Under the pieces are notes generated by a model. That model ran no database searches. It had not been told where the DNA came from and worked only from the letters and a program-made list of their open reading frames with translations. From Nitrospirota bacterium (GTDB lineage: Bacteria; Nitrospirota; UBA9217): a stretch of DNA of 64,000 nucleotides. Where the stretch lies: assembly GCA_963749655.1 (NCBI GenBank), contig CAVVOB010000028.1, positions 96,001 to 160,000 of the forward strand, in the 5' to 3' direction. Below, in pieces: positions 1 through 10,488 of this stretch (its first letter is position 1; the number at the start of each line of letters is the position of its first letter). A program made the position numbers and the translations under genes.

Positions 1-1909
1 TGGGAACGATGATGTGGGTGCCGTATTCCTTGTTCATCCCTTCAAGGCGCGATCCCAGGTTTACCGAATCTCCCATGACCGTGTAATCGAACCGCAAGTG
101 AGATCCCATATTGCCGACGGTAACGTTTCCCGTCGACAGTCCGATGCCGATGTCGAGCCTGGGTATCCCCCGCTGTTCCCATTCGGCTTGCAGTTCGCGG
201 AGCCGCGCCATCATTTCCAGCGCTGTTCTTGCCGCCCGGACGGCGTGATCATCCTGCCAGACCGGCGCCCCCCAGAATGCCATGATCGCGTCACCCATGT
301 ATTTGTCCACCGTTCCTCCGTGCTTGAGAACGATGTCCGTCATGGGGGTCAGGTAATCGTTGATGAGCCTGACGAGGACCTGCGGCTCCAGTCCCTCGGA
401 GAGGGTCGTGAAGCCGCGGATATCGGAGAAGAAGATCGTCAGCCGGCGCTCCTCGCCGCCGAGCACCAGTTTGGCGGGGTCCTTCATGATGTCCTGCACC
501 AGCGACGGCGCAACGTACCGGCTGAACGCGTCCTTGATCTCCTTCTTCTTCCGTTCCTCGGTCAGGATGCGATAGGTGGTCACGCCGCCGAACACGATCA
601 CCATGGTCATGCCCGGATAGATCGCCGTGAGCCAGACCTTCCAGTGGGTAAAGATATACTGGTCGGCGAGGAAATACGCCGCCAGCAGGCTGAGGGTAAA
701 GAGCGTGGAGACGATCGGCGTCAGACGGGACATGACCGCGGACAGCAGGAGGCCGATCAGGAGGATTGCGGCGACGTCGAACATCACGATCCATTCGGGC
801 CTGCTCAGGGCGTCGCCCTGGAGGATGGTGTCGATGACGTTCGCGTGGATCTCGACTCCCGGGAACGTCCCCGAAAAGGGGGTGACCCGCATGTCGTAGA
901 TGCCGATGGCCGTGGCGCCGACCAGCACGATCTTGTCCTTGAGCTTCTCGGCCGGCACCTTGCCGTCTACGACGTCGGCAATGGAATAATGGGGGAAGGT
1001 CTTCTCCGTGCCCCGGAAATTGATGAGCAGCCTGCCCGCCTCATCGGTCGGAATGGACAGCTTGCCGACCTGGATGGACTCGACCCCGTATTCGGCGGCG
1101 TTGATGAAAAGCGGAGGCGATCCGACATACCTGCGGACCGCCTCCAGCGAAAGATGGGGATAGATCTCGCTTCCGTACTGCATGGCGAGAGGCACCCACC
1201 GCACGGTGCCGTCCTCGTCCGGCTGGATGTTGAAGTAGCCGAAGCTCTCCGTGGCCTTTGCCAGCTGCGAGATATTCTGCTCCACGGCCAATGCCTTGGG
1301 CAGCTTTTTCGGCGGCTCGATGCCTGCGTCGAGATACCGTATGGAGGTAAACCGCGAGGGAATGTAATAGCCTGCCTCGTCGCCTGTCCGCTCCTTCCGG
1401 TGCTTGATCTCCTCCTTCGACGGAAGAAAAGAAGTATCCGAGGGTCACGTTCTTGTTCCGGCTGAGCGACGACGCCAGCGACAGCGTCGTTGTCCGATGC
1501 CTTTGCCGCCTCTTCGAGCGCCGCCTTTGCGGCCCGGTCTTTCACCCGTGACTGCAGGTCCCGGAACAGTCCGGCTCCGGAGCTGTGGTCGGGCTCGGAA
1601 AATACGACGTCGAAGGCCACGACCTTTGCGCCGTAGCGGCCCAGCTTGTCGATGAGTTCGGCTATCCTCGTCCGGGGCCAGGGCCATCTCCCGAACCGGT
1701 CAAGGCTTTTTTCGTCAATGCAGACGATCGCCACTTCATTGCCCGGCTGAGGTACCCGCGTCCCGATAGCGAAAATGCAGGTCATAGGCCCGCAACTCCA
1801 TCATGTTCAGGAAAGGGAATCCCGCCTTGTAGATTACGAGGGAGAGGACTGTCAGGAGTAGACCGATCTTGAAGCCCGTCGGCGCGAGCAGGTTTTTCAG
1901 CTTTTTCAT
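1..1909 (-). CDS. CHASE2-domain class III adenylate/guanylate cyclase (3' end runs off the window; at least 3 frameshifts near 1760, 1470 and 1420)
   Basis: Stitched frames give MKKLKNLL..., CHASE2 motifs IDEKSLDRFGRWPWPR and DEDGTVRWVPL, TM helices, then cyclase motifs FSDIRGFT, DKYMGDAIMAFWGAP and GNMGSHLRFDYTVMGDSVNLGSRLEG. Confidence 0.9.
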
Positions 1910-1985
1910 GATTGTCTTTGTTGCCATCCTGACGAACGTTTCTCTCAAGGGCCCACGAGGCCGGCCAGCCGTTCCCCCGGCGAGA

Positions 1986-3647
1986 TCACCACTGATCACC
2001 GTTCTTATTAAATGACATGACGACGGCATCGAGGGAGGAGGTCACCCAGCTGGCTCCGATAATGAAAGCATTGCCATAGTTGTCGGCAACAACCCCGTTC
2101 CCTTCGTCGTTGTAAACGGTTCCGATCTGCCTGGTCCAGATTTTATTGCCACTGGTGTCGTATTTGGCAAGAAAGATGTCGCCGTCGCCAGCGCTCGCGT
2201 TTCCGTCAAGTGATCCGGTCGTTATTCCCGTTACATAGAGGTATCCTGAAGGATCGTATGCTATGCCCTGGCTGGTGTCGAATGCGCGCGATCCGAGCTG
2301 CGCGGTCGGCACCTGCAGGCCGTCGACGTTAAGTTTCGCGATGAACACATCGGGAGTTATCCCACTCGGATCGCTGTTCGTGTTTCCGTCGAAGCCGCCC
2401 CACGTCGAACCCGTGATGTAGGCGTTTCCTGCGTTATCCACGGCGATTGCGGCCGCCACGTCTGAGAGCGGCGTTCCAAACTGTGTCATTGACACGAACC
2501 TGAACGTCTGACCGCCGGAAATATAGCGTATCAGGCAAACGTCCGGCGATACTCCGGCTGAGCCGGCCATATTAGTGCTCCCAAGGTCTCCATAGGTCGA
2601 TGCCGCCACATACATGTTATCTGAAGTGTCGATTGCGATGCCCTCGGCCGTATCTTTATACGGCGTGCCCTGCTGGTCGAGCGCCAAAAGGTTCCCATCT
2701 TTATCGTACTCTGCAACAAAAATGTCGGCGGATCCTGCATTGGTGAACGTACCCAGGCTGCCGTAGGTTTCCCCCGTGATAAATACGTTTCCCGTGCTGT
2801 CAATAGCGATCGAATTGGCGACGTCCGACGCTGTGCTGCCGAGAAGCTTCGTCCAGAGCACACTCCCGGATGCGTCGAGCTTGACCAAGAAGGCATCGGC
2901 ACTCGTCAGCGTTGTATCGGCATTCGTTTGGCTGTTGAGATTCCCCGTCGTCGATCCTGTGACATAGATGTTGCCGCTGGCGTCTATCGCCACGCCGGAT
3001 ACAACCTCGCCCTGGCTGGATCCGAACTGCCGCGACCAAATTTTCGAGCCGGTGATGCTGAATTTTGTTACGAACACATCCGGGCTCCTGTGGAAAACAT
3101 CGGCATTCGGAGATCCGTCCAGATTCCCCCAGGTCATTCCTACGGCGATAAGATTTCCGCCGCTGTCCCGCGCCATGGCCGTTCCCCTGTCTCTCCAGGA
3201 AGTGCTGATTACCTGCTCGCCGGAGAGGAACTGCTGCACCATCATGATCGAGACCTCCACGGGCTGATTGTTGTCATTCCCCGCCAGATCCGAAGTGCTG
3301 CTGCCGGCATAGACCACGATGCCCGAGGAATCGACCGCTTCCACGAGAAAGACCCTGCCAGTCCCGTTCGGGACATCGAAGGATTCTTCAATCGTACCGG
3401 GAGGAGTAAACGCTACCTCCTGCTGGATCGTGGTCATGTCCGAAGCGCTGATAGTGAACCGGAGGGTTACGACCACGGGGGTCGCCTTTGCAATTGCCGG
3501 CGCTGCCATGGCGTTCGTGCCGGTCGTGACGACAAGGACCACCGTGGACGAACCTTTGCCTTGAGGCGTATATGTGCCGGCTGTGCAGGCCGTAAGGAGC
3601 ACACAGCACAAGAGAGACTGAACAACCTGAATAGGACGACGGCTCAT
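1986..3647 (-). CDS. Lipoprotein with SBBP-type beta-propeller repeats
   Basis: Lipobox LLTAC; repeated IAIDxxGNxYVTGxTxG and DxFxxKxDxxG..W motifs. Confidence 0.85.
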   Translation of the reverse strand: MSRRPIQVVQSLLCCVLLTACTAGTYTPQGKGSSTVVLVVTTGTNAMAAPAIAKATPVVVTLRFTISASDMTTIQQEVAFTPPGTIEESFDVPNGTGRVFLVEAVDSSGIVVYAGSSTSDLAGNDNNQPVEVSIMMVQQFLSGEQVISTSWRDRGTAMARDSGGNLIAVGMTWGNLDGSPNADVFHRSPDVFVTKFSITGSKIWSRQFGSSQGEVVSGVAIDASGNIYVTGSTTGNLNSQTNADTTLTSADAFLVKLDASGSVLWTKLLGSTASDVANSIAIDSTGNVFITGETYGSLGTFTNAGSADIFVAEYDKDGNLLALDQQGTPYKDTAEGIAIDTSDNMYVAASTYGDLGSTNMAGSAGVSPDVCLIRYISGGQTFRFVSMTQFGTPLSDVAAAIAVDNAGNAYITGSTWGGFDGNTNSDPSGITPDVFIAKLNVDGLQVPTAQLGSRAFDTSQGIAYDPSGYLYVTGITTGSLDGNASAGDGDIFLAKYDTSGNKIWTRQIGTVYNDEGNGVVADNYGNAFIIGASWVTSSLDAVVMSFNKNGDQW

Positions 3648-3669
3648 GGCCCATTCCTCCTTAAGCGAT

Positions 3670-3720
3670 AAAAGAACGGGAGAGCGTCGGCGTTGTACGC
3701 ATCCGCTGACAGCAACTCCC
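3670..3720 (-). terminator. Intra-operon terminator-like hairpin between the FecR gene and the lipoprotein gene
   Basis: GGGAG...CTCCC stem followed by GTTCTTTT on the minus strand. Confidence 0.4.
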
Positions 3721-3735
3721 TAAAATTCGCCGGAC

Positions 3736-4653
3736 TTACATGGCGACCTTCACCTTTACTTTGGTCGTGACCAGCTCCGGATGCGTTACGCTGACGGGGA
3801 TCGACTCGGGAGTCCCCGAGACGATGCCTCCCGGGATCGTACCCCCCGAGGTTCCGCCCTGAGTCGCGGAGGACAGGTTTCCGCCGTCTGCAATCGCGCC
3901 GGTGAGCACCGCAGACGTCGAATTGGGCGCATTGATGTCCACGGTGACACCCTCCGTGCCGTTGCCGCCGGACCCCTGCGAACCCTCGCTGCCGGCGTTG
4001 GTATTCTGAACATGGGAATCAATGAGGGAATTGGACACGTCTACCGGCTTCGTGGGGGCCATGGCTGCATCGCGGATGAAGGCGGCCTGCCCTCCGCGCA
4101 GAAGAATGACACGGTCCGGCATCTGCGGGTTATAGGAAAAACCGGCGCCTTCGATGAAGATGACCCCCGAGACGCCCCGTTCATAGAACACGATGAAGTC
4201 CGTCCCCTTCACGCCCGCGATGGCCGTTGGTGTTTTGATCTGGAACCCGGCATCGCCGCTGCCGGTCGCCACCACGGCGGCTTTCAGCTTCGACACCATG
4301 GCTCGCACTTTTCCGCGGATCAGGCTGAGCACCCCCCGCTCGCGGGACCCGCCTGAACGGAAGGAATACTCATCTATGACGATGCGCGATTCCGGGGCGA
4401 GCTGGATCACCGAGTCGTCGCGGAACTGGACCTCCGCTTTGCCGCGGCGCTTGGTGCGGATGGCGTCTCCCATCGCTACCGGGTCGCCGACGCGCGCCGG
4501 GACCGGCGCGGCCTGCGAGGCCCTCAGAATGTCCACGGCCCCTTCGACCCGCTTGAAGGTTCCCACTGCCTCGGCAAAGGACGTTTCGTGCAGCAGGACC
4601 GTCAAAAGTAGAGCGGCGAGCACGGTTTGAATGGTTCGTTTGCAGACTGTCAT
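3736..4653 (-). CDS. Secreted FecR-domain protein
   Basis: Signal peptide ending SFA-EA; FecR motifs GDAIRT, FRDDSVIQLAPES and IKTPTAIAGVKGTDF; Gly/Ser-rich tail. Confidence 0.88.
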   Translation of the reverse strand: MTVCKRTIQTVLAALLLTVLLHETSFAEAVGTFKRVEGAVDILRASQAAPVPARVGDPVAMGDAIRTKRRGKAEVQFRDDSVIQLAPESRIVIDEYSFRSGGSRERGVLSLIRGKVRAMVSKLKAAVVATGSGDAGFQIKTPTAIAGVKGTDFIVFYERGVSGVIFIEGAGFSYNPQMPDRVILLRGGQAAFIRDAAMAPTKPVDVSNSLIDSHVQNTNAGSEGSQGSGGNGTEGVTVDINAPNSTSAVLTGAIADGGNLSSATQGGTSGGTIPGGIVSGTPESIPVSVTHPELVTTKVKVKVAM

Positions 4654-4675
4654 GACTCCCTCCGCAAGAAGCTTG

Positions 4676-6250
4676 TTAGAACTTCACGTATACTCCGGCC
4701 CCGACGACGTTCTTATGATATTTATAAATGGATTCCGTGGAATCGGCCTGGACATAAACGTATTGGGCATGCAGGTCGATGTTCGCGGTGATTGCGTACA
4801 GACCGTCAAGGGATGCGGTATAGATGGTGTCCCTTCGCTTAACGTCCACCTGCGAGGACGGGTCCTGGCGGGCATTGTCGTAGTTCTGAAAGTAAGCCTC
4901 CAGACCGGCACTGAATTTCATACGGTCGGTAGCCGGAAACAACGCGCCGGCAAAGGCCTTATTGCCGAGATAGCTCCAGTTACGTCCTTTTGTTTTTTCC
5001 TTGTTCAATTCGTATTTCACGTTGAGGTAGCCCTTTTGCGCGGCGATAAGCTTATACCAGGAAAAACCGGCTGCCGTATCGTACCCGTCGCGGTTTTCAT
5101 CGGTCATCGATGAGTCGAGCGGGTAAAGGTAGTCATTCTGCTGAAAACGAAGAAGCACCTTGGTATACTGGTTCTCGCCCGTTACGAACAGGTACTCCGG
5201 CGAAAGGGACAGGGCCTGATAATATTTTTTGTTGTCCACGAGCATGAAGGAGCCGTTGACGTCGATGCTGGCCAGGTTCTGGCCGATGCGGTAGGTCGGC
5301 GTCACGCCGACCGTGTGGTTCTGGACGTCATAGGTCCTCAGCTTTTGATATAGGCTCGCGTAGAAAGAGTAATCGAGCTTCAGGCCGTAGGGCGCGGAAA
5401 GTTCGGGCTCGTATTCAGCCCGCACCGCGGCCACGGCCGCGGAATCGCTTTTACCGCTTATACTGCTGACGCTCCCGTCCGGCATCAGCACGACGTTACT
5501 GTCGTACTGGTACTGGAGATCGGCCGTAGCATGAAACGCTTTCTTGGATTCCATGCGGCTCGTCAGAGCCTCGGCCTGCTGGCGCGCCATCATGCCGATG
5601 TCCGATTCTCCGTCGGCGTTCGCGACCTGCAGGAACAGGTCCCGGGCCTTTCCGGTTTCGCCCGATCGGTCGTAGATCACGGCAAGCTGAAAATCCGCCG
5701 AAGGCGCAAGGCTTGCGTCGAGCGATTTGGCCTTCTCGAACGACGACGCAGCGTCGCGGTATTTGTTCTTCTTCATCTGTACCAGCCCCTTGAGCAGTGA
5801 TGTCTGTCCGGGTTCGACCCCTTCCTGTTCGCATGACTCCAGGGCCTTGAGCGCGGCCTCGGTGCTGCCTTCGGCATAATAGGCATCGGCGAGCTCCAGG
5901 TAGGCCTGATTGACCGGCGGCTGGAGTGTTACGGCGGCCCGAAGGTGGGGGACGGCCTTGCCGAACTGCTGCAGTTTCTTGAGCGTTGCGCCGAGATAAT
6001 AGGCGGCGACCGAGGAGTCAGGCGCTTTGTCCCGCGCTTTCACGAGGTCGTCGTAAGCTTCTTCGTAGTTGCCCTCGCGATAGTTGGCAACGCCCCGGAG
6101 CAATTCCGGCTCCTGCGCAGGGCTGCTTTTGACCGCCGGAGACGCCGTATCCGAAGCGGGCGGCGTTTTCGGAGCGGCCTGGACATATGAGGCGGTTCCG
6201 GACAGGAGCAGCAGAATTGTCGTGAACAACATCGTTCTTCGTTTCATCAT
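4676..6250 (-). CDS. TPR-containing outer-membrane beta-barrel (Slam/DUF560-like)
   Basis: Probable start MMKRR at 6250 with signal peptide; N-terminal TPRs; YDSNV barrel start; alternating aromatic strands; C-terminal GVYVKF beta-signal. Confidence 0.8.
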   Translation of the reverse strand: MMKRRTMLFTTILLLLSGTASYVQAAPKTPPASDTASPAVKSSPAQEPELLRGVANYREGNYEEAYDDLVKARDKAPDSSVAAYYLGATLKKLQQFGKAVPHLRAAVTLQPPVNQAYLELADAYYAEGSTEAALKALESCEQEGVEPGQTSLLKGLVQMKKNKYRDAASSFEKAKSLDASLAPSADFQLAVIYDRSGETGKARDLFLQVANADGESDIGMMARQQAEALTSRMESKKAFHATADLQYQYDSNVVLMPDGSVSSISGKSDSAAVAAVRAEYEPELSAPYGLKLDYSFYASLYQKLRTYDVQNHTVGVTPTYRIGQNLASIDVNGSFMLVDNKKYYQALSLSPEYLFVTGENQYTKVLLRFQQNDYLYPLDSSMTDENRDGYDTAAGFSWYKLIAAQKGYLNVKYELNKEKTKGRNWSYLGNKAFAGALFPATDRMKFSAGLEAYFQNYDNARQDPSSQVDVKRRDTIYTASLDGLYAITANIDLHAQYVYVQADSTESIYKYHKNVVGAGVYVKF

Positions 6251-6610
6251 GGTTTCTCCGCAACGTTCAGGACTTGATAGGTCCCCGCGAGTGTCCCCAA
6301 TGCGCACCTGCGGCCCGGGCTTTGCCGCAGAATTGGTTACGACAATTTGAACTGCGATTGAACGGAAGATGCAAACGGGCCCCGCCGGAGGCCTGAGAGA
6401 TGGAGTATCGATGAAGGAACTCTTCTGCAGCCATCCGGAAAAAGCGGACAGGGAACCGAGTAACAAGGTTATTGATCTACGGACTGCCGATTGCGAAATC
6501 CTGCTGAATCGGAATGTGAGACGGCCGCGTGAGGCTCATGGTTGAAAGGATTGTCTTCTGTCTCCGGTCAAGCCGTTCTCATATCCGTCAACACGTGGTC
6601 CGATTAGCGC

Positions 6611-6666
6611 AGTCTAGCCTTTTTCCCGGGGAATGTAAATAGTCTTGATAGGGTATTTTAAGGGTA
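6611..6666 (-). promoter_or_regulatory. Sigma70-like promoter with upstream TACCC direct-repeat box
   Basis: Minus strand: TACCCTTAAAATACCCTAT, 8 nt, TTTACA-N17-TAGACT. Confidence 0.6.
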
Positions 6667-6832
6667 GAGATGCAGAAAATCGCAACTCTTGCAGCGCCTG
6701 ACACGCCTGCTCGAGAAGCCTACTGTTCGATGCAGTCCGGAAACCTGCGGCCGCTGTGAATGAGTCGCCGCCCTGCATGAAAAGCCGGCCGGAGAGGAGC
6801 CCTCCGTCCGGCGATCTGGATCAAGAGCCCCG

Positions 6833-7720
6833 CTACTTCAGGCTGAGAACCGTCTGCAAAAGCTCATCGGTGGTCGTGATGATCTTCGAGTTTGCCTGGA
6901 ACCCGCGCTGGGCGGCGATCATGTTCACAAATTCCGCAGCCAGGTCCACATTGGTGAGTTCGAGGCTGTTCGACAGCACCTTGCCGAGCCCCGAGGTGTT
7001 CGCCGCTCCGACGAGTGGCTGTCCGGACCCGAAGGATTCGGCATAGAGGTTTCCGCCCATCTTGGTCAGCTCTGTGGGAGCGACGAACCGGGCGAGCGCA
7101 ACCTCCCCGATGGCGCGCGACTGACCGTTCGAGAACACGCCGGTGATGACGCCGTCCTCGCCCACGGACACGCTCGAAAGCGAGCCGGCCGGATATCCGT
7201 CCTGGGTCAGCTGCATGACGGAAAAATCGGACGCGAACTGCGTCGTCATGTCGAAGCCCGTGCCTGCGGGCGTTTCCGCGGTTCCGGTGCCGAAGTTAAA
7301 GCCGATGTTCTGCGCAGGCATGACCCCGCCGAAGTTGAATGTGAGCGTCGTGCCGCTGTTGTCGTTTGCCAGGGAGCCGTCCGTATAGAAGGTCAGCTGC
7401 TGGCTCGTACCCGCTCCGGTCGGGGGAAGCCCTGCGCCGCCCGTGGTCTGGCCCGCCTCCATGAGCTGACCCGTATTGGACGGGTCCTCGATCGCGTAGT
7501 GGACGTCCCAGGCGTTCGCCGCCGTTTTCACGAAATACATCGTCACCTGGTGCGATCCGCCCTGCGAATCGTAGACCGTCGCCGTATTCGAGAAATTATA
7601 GTTCGCCGGATCGTCCTGCGTGCCGTCTGCGTTGCCGTCGAGCGTAAAGGCCGCCGCCGGCACGGTTGCCGACGCATCCAGATTGACGGCCGTCGTAACC
7701 GCTGTCGTCGGATTCGAATA
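6833..7720 (-). pseudogene. flgE: Flagellar hook protein FlgE, C-terminal half only
   Basis: VYDSQGGSH, QDGYPAGSL and LELTNVDLAAEFVNMIAAQRGFQANSKIITTTDELLQ; the N-terminal rod domain is absent. Confidence 0.88.
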
Positions 7721-7884
7721 TTCACAGCTCCGCGAACGTTGTGAGCGAAGGCGATACGGTCGATGCCGGGTCGATTATTGCACAGGTGGGATCCATGGCA
7801 GGTCAGCCGGGCCCAATGTAACTTCGAGGTGCTCTACCGGGTCGGAAAGTGAACTCTGACATCCTCCTTTCTGCAGGATAAGAT

Positions 7885-7911
7885 TTAAGATTTTTCTGCT
7901 TCTGCCGATAT
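7885..7911 (+). promoter_or_regulatory. Sigma28 (FliA) promoter of flgM
   Basis: TTAA-N15-GCCGATAT upstream of flgM. Confidence 0.75.
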
Positions 7912-7947
7912 GAAAATCACAAACCTTACTCCGACAGGGAGGCTTTT

Positions 7948-8247
7948 ATGAAATTATACTCCGATAAGCCGCCGGAAAACCAGGGACCGAACCGCGGCGC
8001 CCAGAAAGTGCAGAAGCAGGGCGGCGTTGAGCAGAAAGACAACGTTACCCCGGCAAAATCTGCGGGCGCCGATGACCGCGTAAACATCTCGGGCCGGAGC
8101 AAGGAAGTTGCCTATATCATGACGTCGGTGAACCAGCTCCCGGAAATACGAGAAGCCAAGGTACAGGACATCAAGCAACGCGTCGACGCCGGCACCTACA
8201 TCGTCGATCCGCAGAAGGTGGCCGAGTCCATCCTGAAGAACATATGA
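7948..8247 (+). CDS. flgM: Anti-sigma28 factor FlgM
   Basis: DRVNIS...PEIREAKVQDIKQRVDAGTYIVDPQKVAESIL; GGAGG RBS; flagellar context. Confidence 0.92.
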   Translation: MKLYSDKPPENQGPNRGAQKVQKQGGVEQKDNVTPAKSAGADDRVNISGRSKEVAYIMTSVNQLPEIREAKVQDIKQRVDAGTYIVDPQKVAESILKNI

Positions 8248-8312
8248 ACACGGCAACGAATATCAAAGCCATCCTCATGGAGCAGGTCGAGGGGTACCGG
8301 GCGCTGATGGAA
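8244..8312 (+). pseudogene. flgN: FlgN N-terminal remnant
   Basis: ATG overlaps the flgM stop; MNTATNIKAILMEQVEGYRALME, then resemblance ends; matches the usual flgM-flgN order. Confidence 0.5.
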
Positions 8313-8384
8313 ACTCCATTTCTGTACACCCGCCGGCATGCGCATCGAAACAACTGAACCGCTCCCGGGAGAGGACGCGGATCA

Positions 8385-8585
8385 GACGTCTGCGCTGCGG
8401 GGCATGCTCTTCAATTTCGCGAACACGCAGAATAACGGCCAGAACATCTTTTCCGGCTTTGTTTCGGGGACCCAGGCGTACGCGACGGCACCTATGCCTG
8501 TCAGGGCGACGCCGGCGTCATCTGTGCGCCTCTCGACAAGGACATATCGGTAGCGGTCAATATTCCGGGCAGCAGCGCCTTCAGC
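8385..8585 (+). pseudogene. flgL: FlgL (hook-associated protein 3) internal remnant
   Basis: LFNFANTQNNGQNIFSG then, in a shifted frame, YACQGDAG...VAVNIPGSSAF; both are FlgL-like motifs. Confidence 0.65.
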
Positions 8586-8651
8586 TTGCCGCTCCGACGT
8601 CGCGGCGGATCAGCGGCGACAGGTATGGTTGCTACACGCCCGGGGTCACGC

Positions 8652-9329
8652 TCACGGCGCTGCGCGACTCCGCGTCCCGCGTCCTGTCACAATCCCTCTT
8701 TGATTTTCTGAAATAGCCCGCGGACTCTTTTTCGGCGTCCCGCTCCCCGGTACTCCCGCACCCGATGATCTTTCTGAAGCGTCCCTCTTTGGATTGTCCT
8801 TTGCCATCTCCAGGATCTCGATCACGGACCGCCAATTCCGGCCGGTCAGCGGGACGCCGATCAGCCGCTCGGCGCCGGCAGCGAGTTTCGACCTGCCCAC
8901 GCCGTCGGGCGCATGAAGATAGAAGACGCATCCTTGAAGCCAGAACCGCTCGTTCCTGCCCCTGAGGCTTTCCAGCGCTGTCAGGTCCGGCGCCGTGGCC
9001 GCTGATAAGAGAAAAAGGACATGCAGGCTTTTCGGGTCCGGTCCCGCTTCCGGGAAGGGATTCGATGCAATGACCTTCTCCAGCTCCGTCGGCTCCAGCA
9101 CGAGGACCCGGGGCGCAAAGCCGCGGCGTTTCATGATTTCGACGCTTATTTTCTCCGAGAGCCTGCGGGCATTCTGCTCCCGGCAGCGGAATACTGCGTT
9201 GCCGCTCTGAATATAGGTCTTCACATGGCGGAGGCCGAGTTTTTCAAGGAGAGCGGTGAGCTCTTTCATGGCCAGGAGATTATGCCCGCCGATGTTGATG
9301 CCCCGGAACAGAGCGATGTAGGTTTTCAT
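8652..9329 (-). CDS. DUF1697 family protein
   Basis: MKTYIALFRGINIGG, TYIQSGNAVF and TGRNWRSV; start reassigned to 9329. Confidence 0.88.
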   Translation of the reverse strand: MKTYIALFRGINIGGHNLLAMKELTALLEKLGLRHVKTYIQSGNAVFRCREQNARRLSEKISVEIMKRRGFAPRVLVLEPTELEKVIASNPFPEAGPDPKSLHVLFLLSAATAPDLTALESLRGRNERFWLQGCVFYLHAPDGVGRSKLAAGAERLIGVPLTGRNWRSVIEILEMAKDNPKRDASERSSGAGVPGSGTPKKSPRAISENQRGIVTGRGTRSRAAP

Positions 9330-9494
9330 CGGACCCCTTTCGATGCGCCGAGCAACACGGTGCTCACAGGAGCGGGAAGAACCGGCGCTGGCCGGTCTTG
9401 ATTCGTTTGTAGAGAAGCAAACTCGCCGCCGAGACGCTGGGGCGCTGAGAATAACCAGGATACCAAAGTCGCCTCTGCCCTGCAGCACAGCTTC

Positions 9495-9920
9495 TTACTT
9501 TCCCGCCTTTTCCGCGGCGCTCTTCATCGGGCCGAGCACGTAGCGCCGCATCTGCGACAGGACGATCGGCTTCACAAAAGGCGCAGCAAGACGGTAGAGA
9601 CCTTTTAGACGGACCTCGGCGCTCACCGTATACCGCGTGCCGCCTGCTTCCGGTTCGAACCGGTTCTGAAACGCGGCATCGTAGCGGCGCTTCCGCTCTT
9701 CGAGGTCTATACGCGCCGGAGATATTTTGCGCACCACGTTGATGACCTTGCCTGCATACACATGGTCGACCTCGACCATGATCTCATCCCCTGATTCTCT
9801 GACGATCCTGGTTGCGCGGATCGTGGGGAAGATCCCCGACCAGTTGGCCGGATCAGCGTAGAGGCCGTACGTCCGCCCTGCAGGTGCATTGATATGCTCC
9901 GAAACAGATGCACGAACCAT
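9495..9920 (-). CDS. SRPBCC (polyketide cyclase/START-like) protein
   Basis: VSEHINAPAGRTYGLYADPANWSGIFP; start reassigned to 9920 after GAGGG. Confidence 0.7.
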   Translation of the reverse strand: MVRASVSEHINAPAGRTYGLYADPANWSGIFPTIRATRIVRESGDEIMVEVDHVYAGKVINVVRKISPARIDLEERKRRYDAAFQNRFEPEAGGTRYTVSAEVRLKGLYRLAAPFVKPIVLSQMRRYVLGPMKSAAEKAGK

Positions 9921-10488
9921 CAAGAGACCCTCCGCAGCATTGCTGAAAACCGTAAAAATTACCGCTGCCGGGACTGCAATACCGATCGCCGATATAAGGA
10001 GCGCCGGCACGCTCATACGCTTATTGATAAGCACGGTCGCCGCCACGCGACGCAATCACCCGGAGCGGGAACACCGTTAATCGGGCGCGAACGAACCGGT
10101 TTTCTTAGCTCCTCGTACGACCTTCGATACATACGCGCGGCAGTGTGTGGACCCGCCGGCAGACTGCCGAATCATTGCGTCTATAATATAAATATATCAA
10201 TCCTCCGGTAATCCTTTTCCCATTTCAAGCATCTAAATTTCTACTGTAACCTCGAATCAGTCTCACCAGGCGGCAATTGCCGGTGATAGAATAAAAAATG
10301 ATGCACGAATTGCCGAACGTTCAACGTCGGGATGCGGAGCCGTCCCTGCCGGTTGCCGGTGCTCCTGGTGCATTGAACCGGTCATATTGTTTTATCCCTG
10401 CCCATTTTCGGAATTTTTGTGATTTTCAAGAGCGCCGCGGACAAATGCGACTGCTGCGGTTCAGCAGCAGCTGAAAGGATCTTTCCAC

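Noticed and set aside
14-1465. 483-aa plus-strand ORF and other long antisense ORFs (for example 14922-15959, 21395-22702, 56835-58208)
   Set aside because: Shadow frames opposite well-supported genes in GC-rich DNA, with no recognisable motifs.
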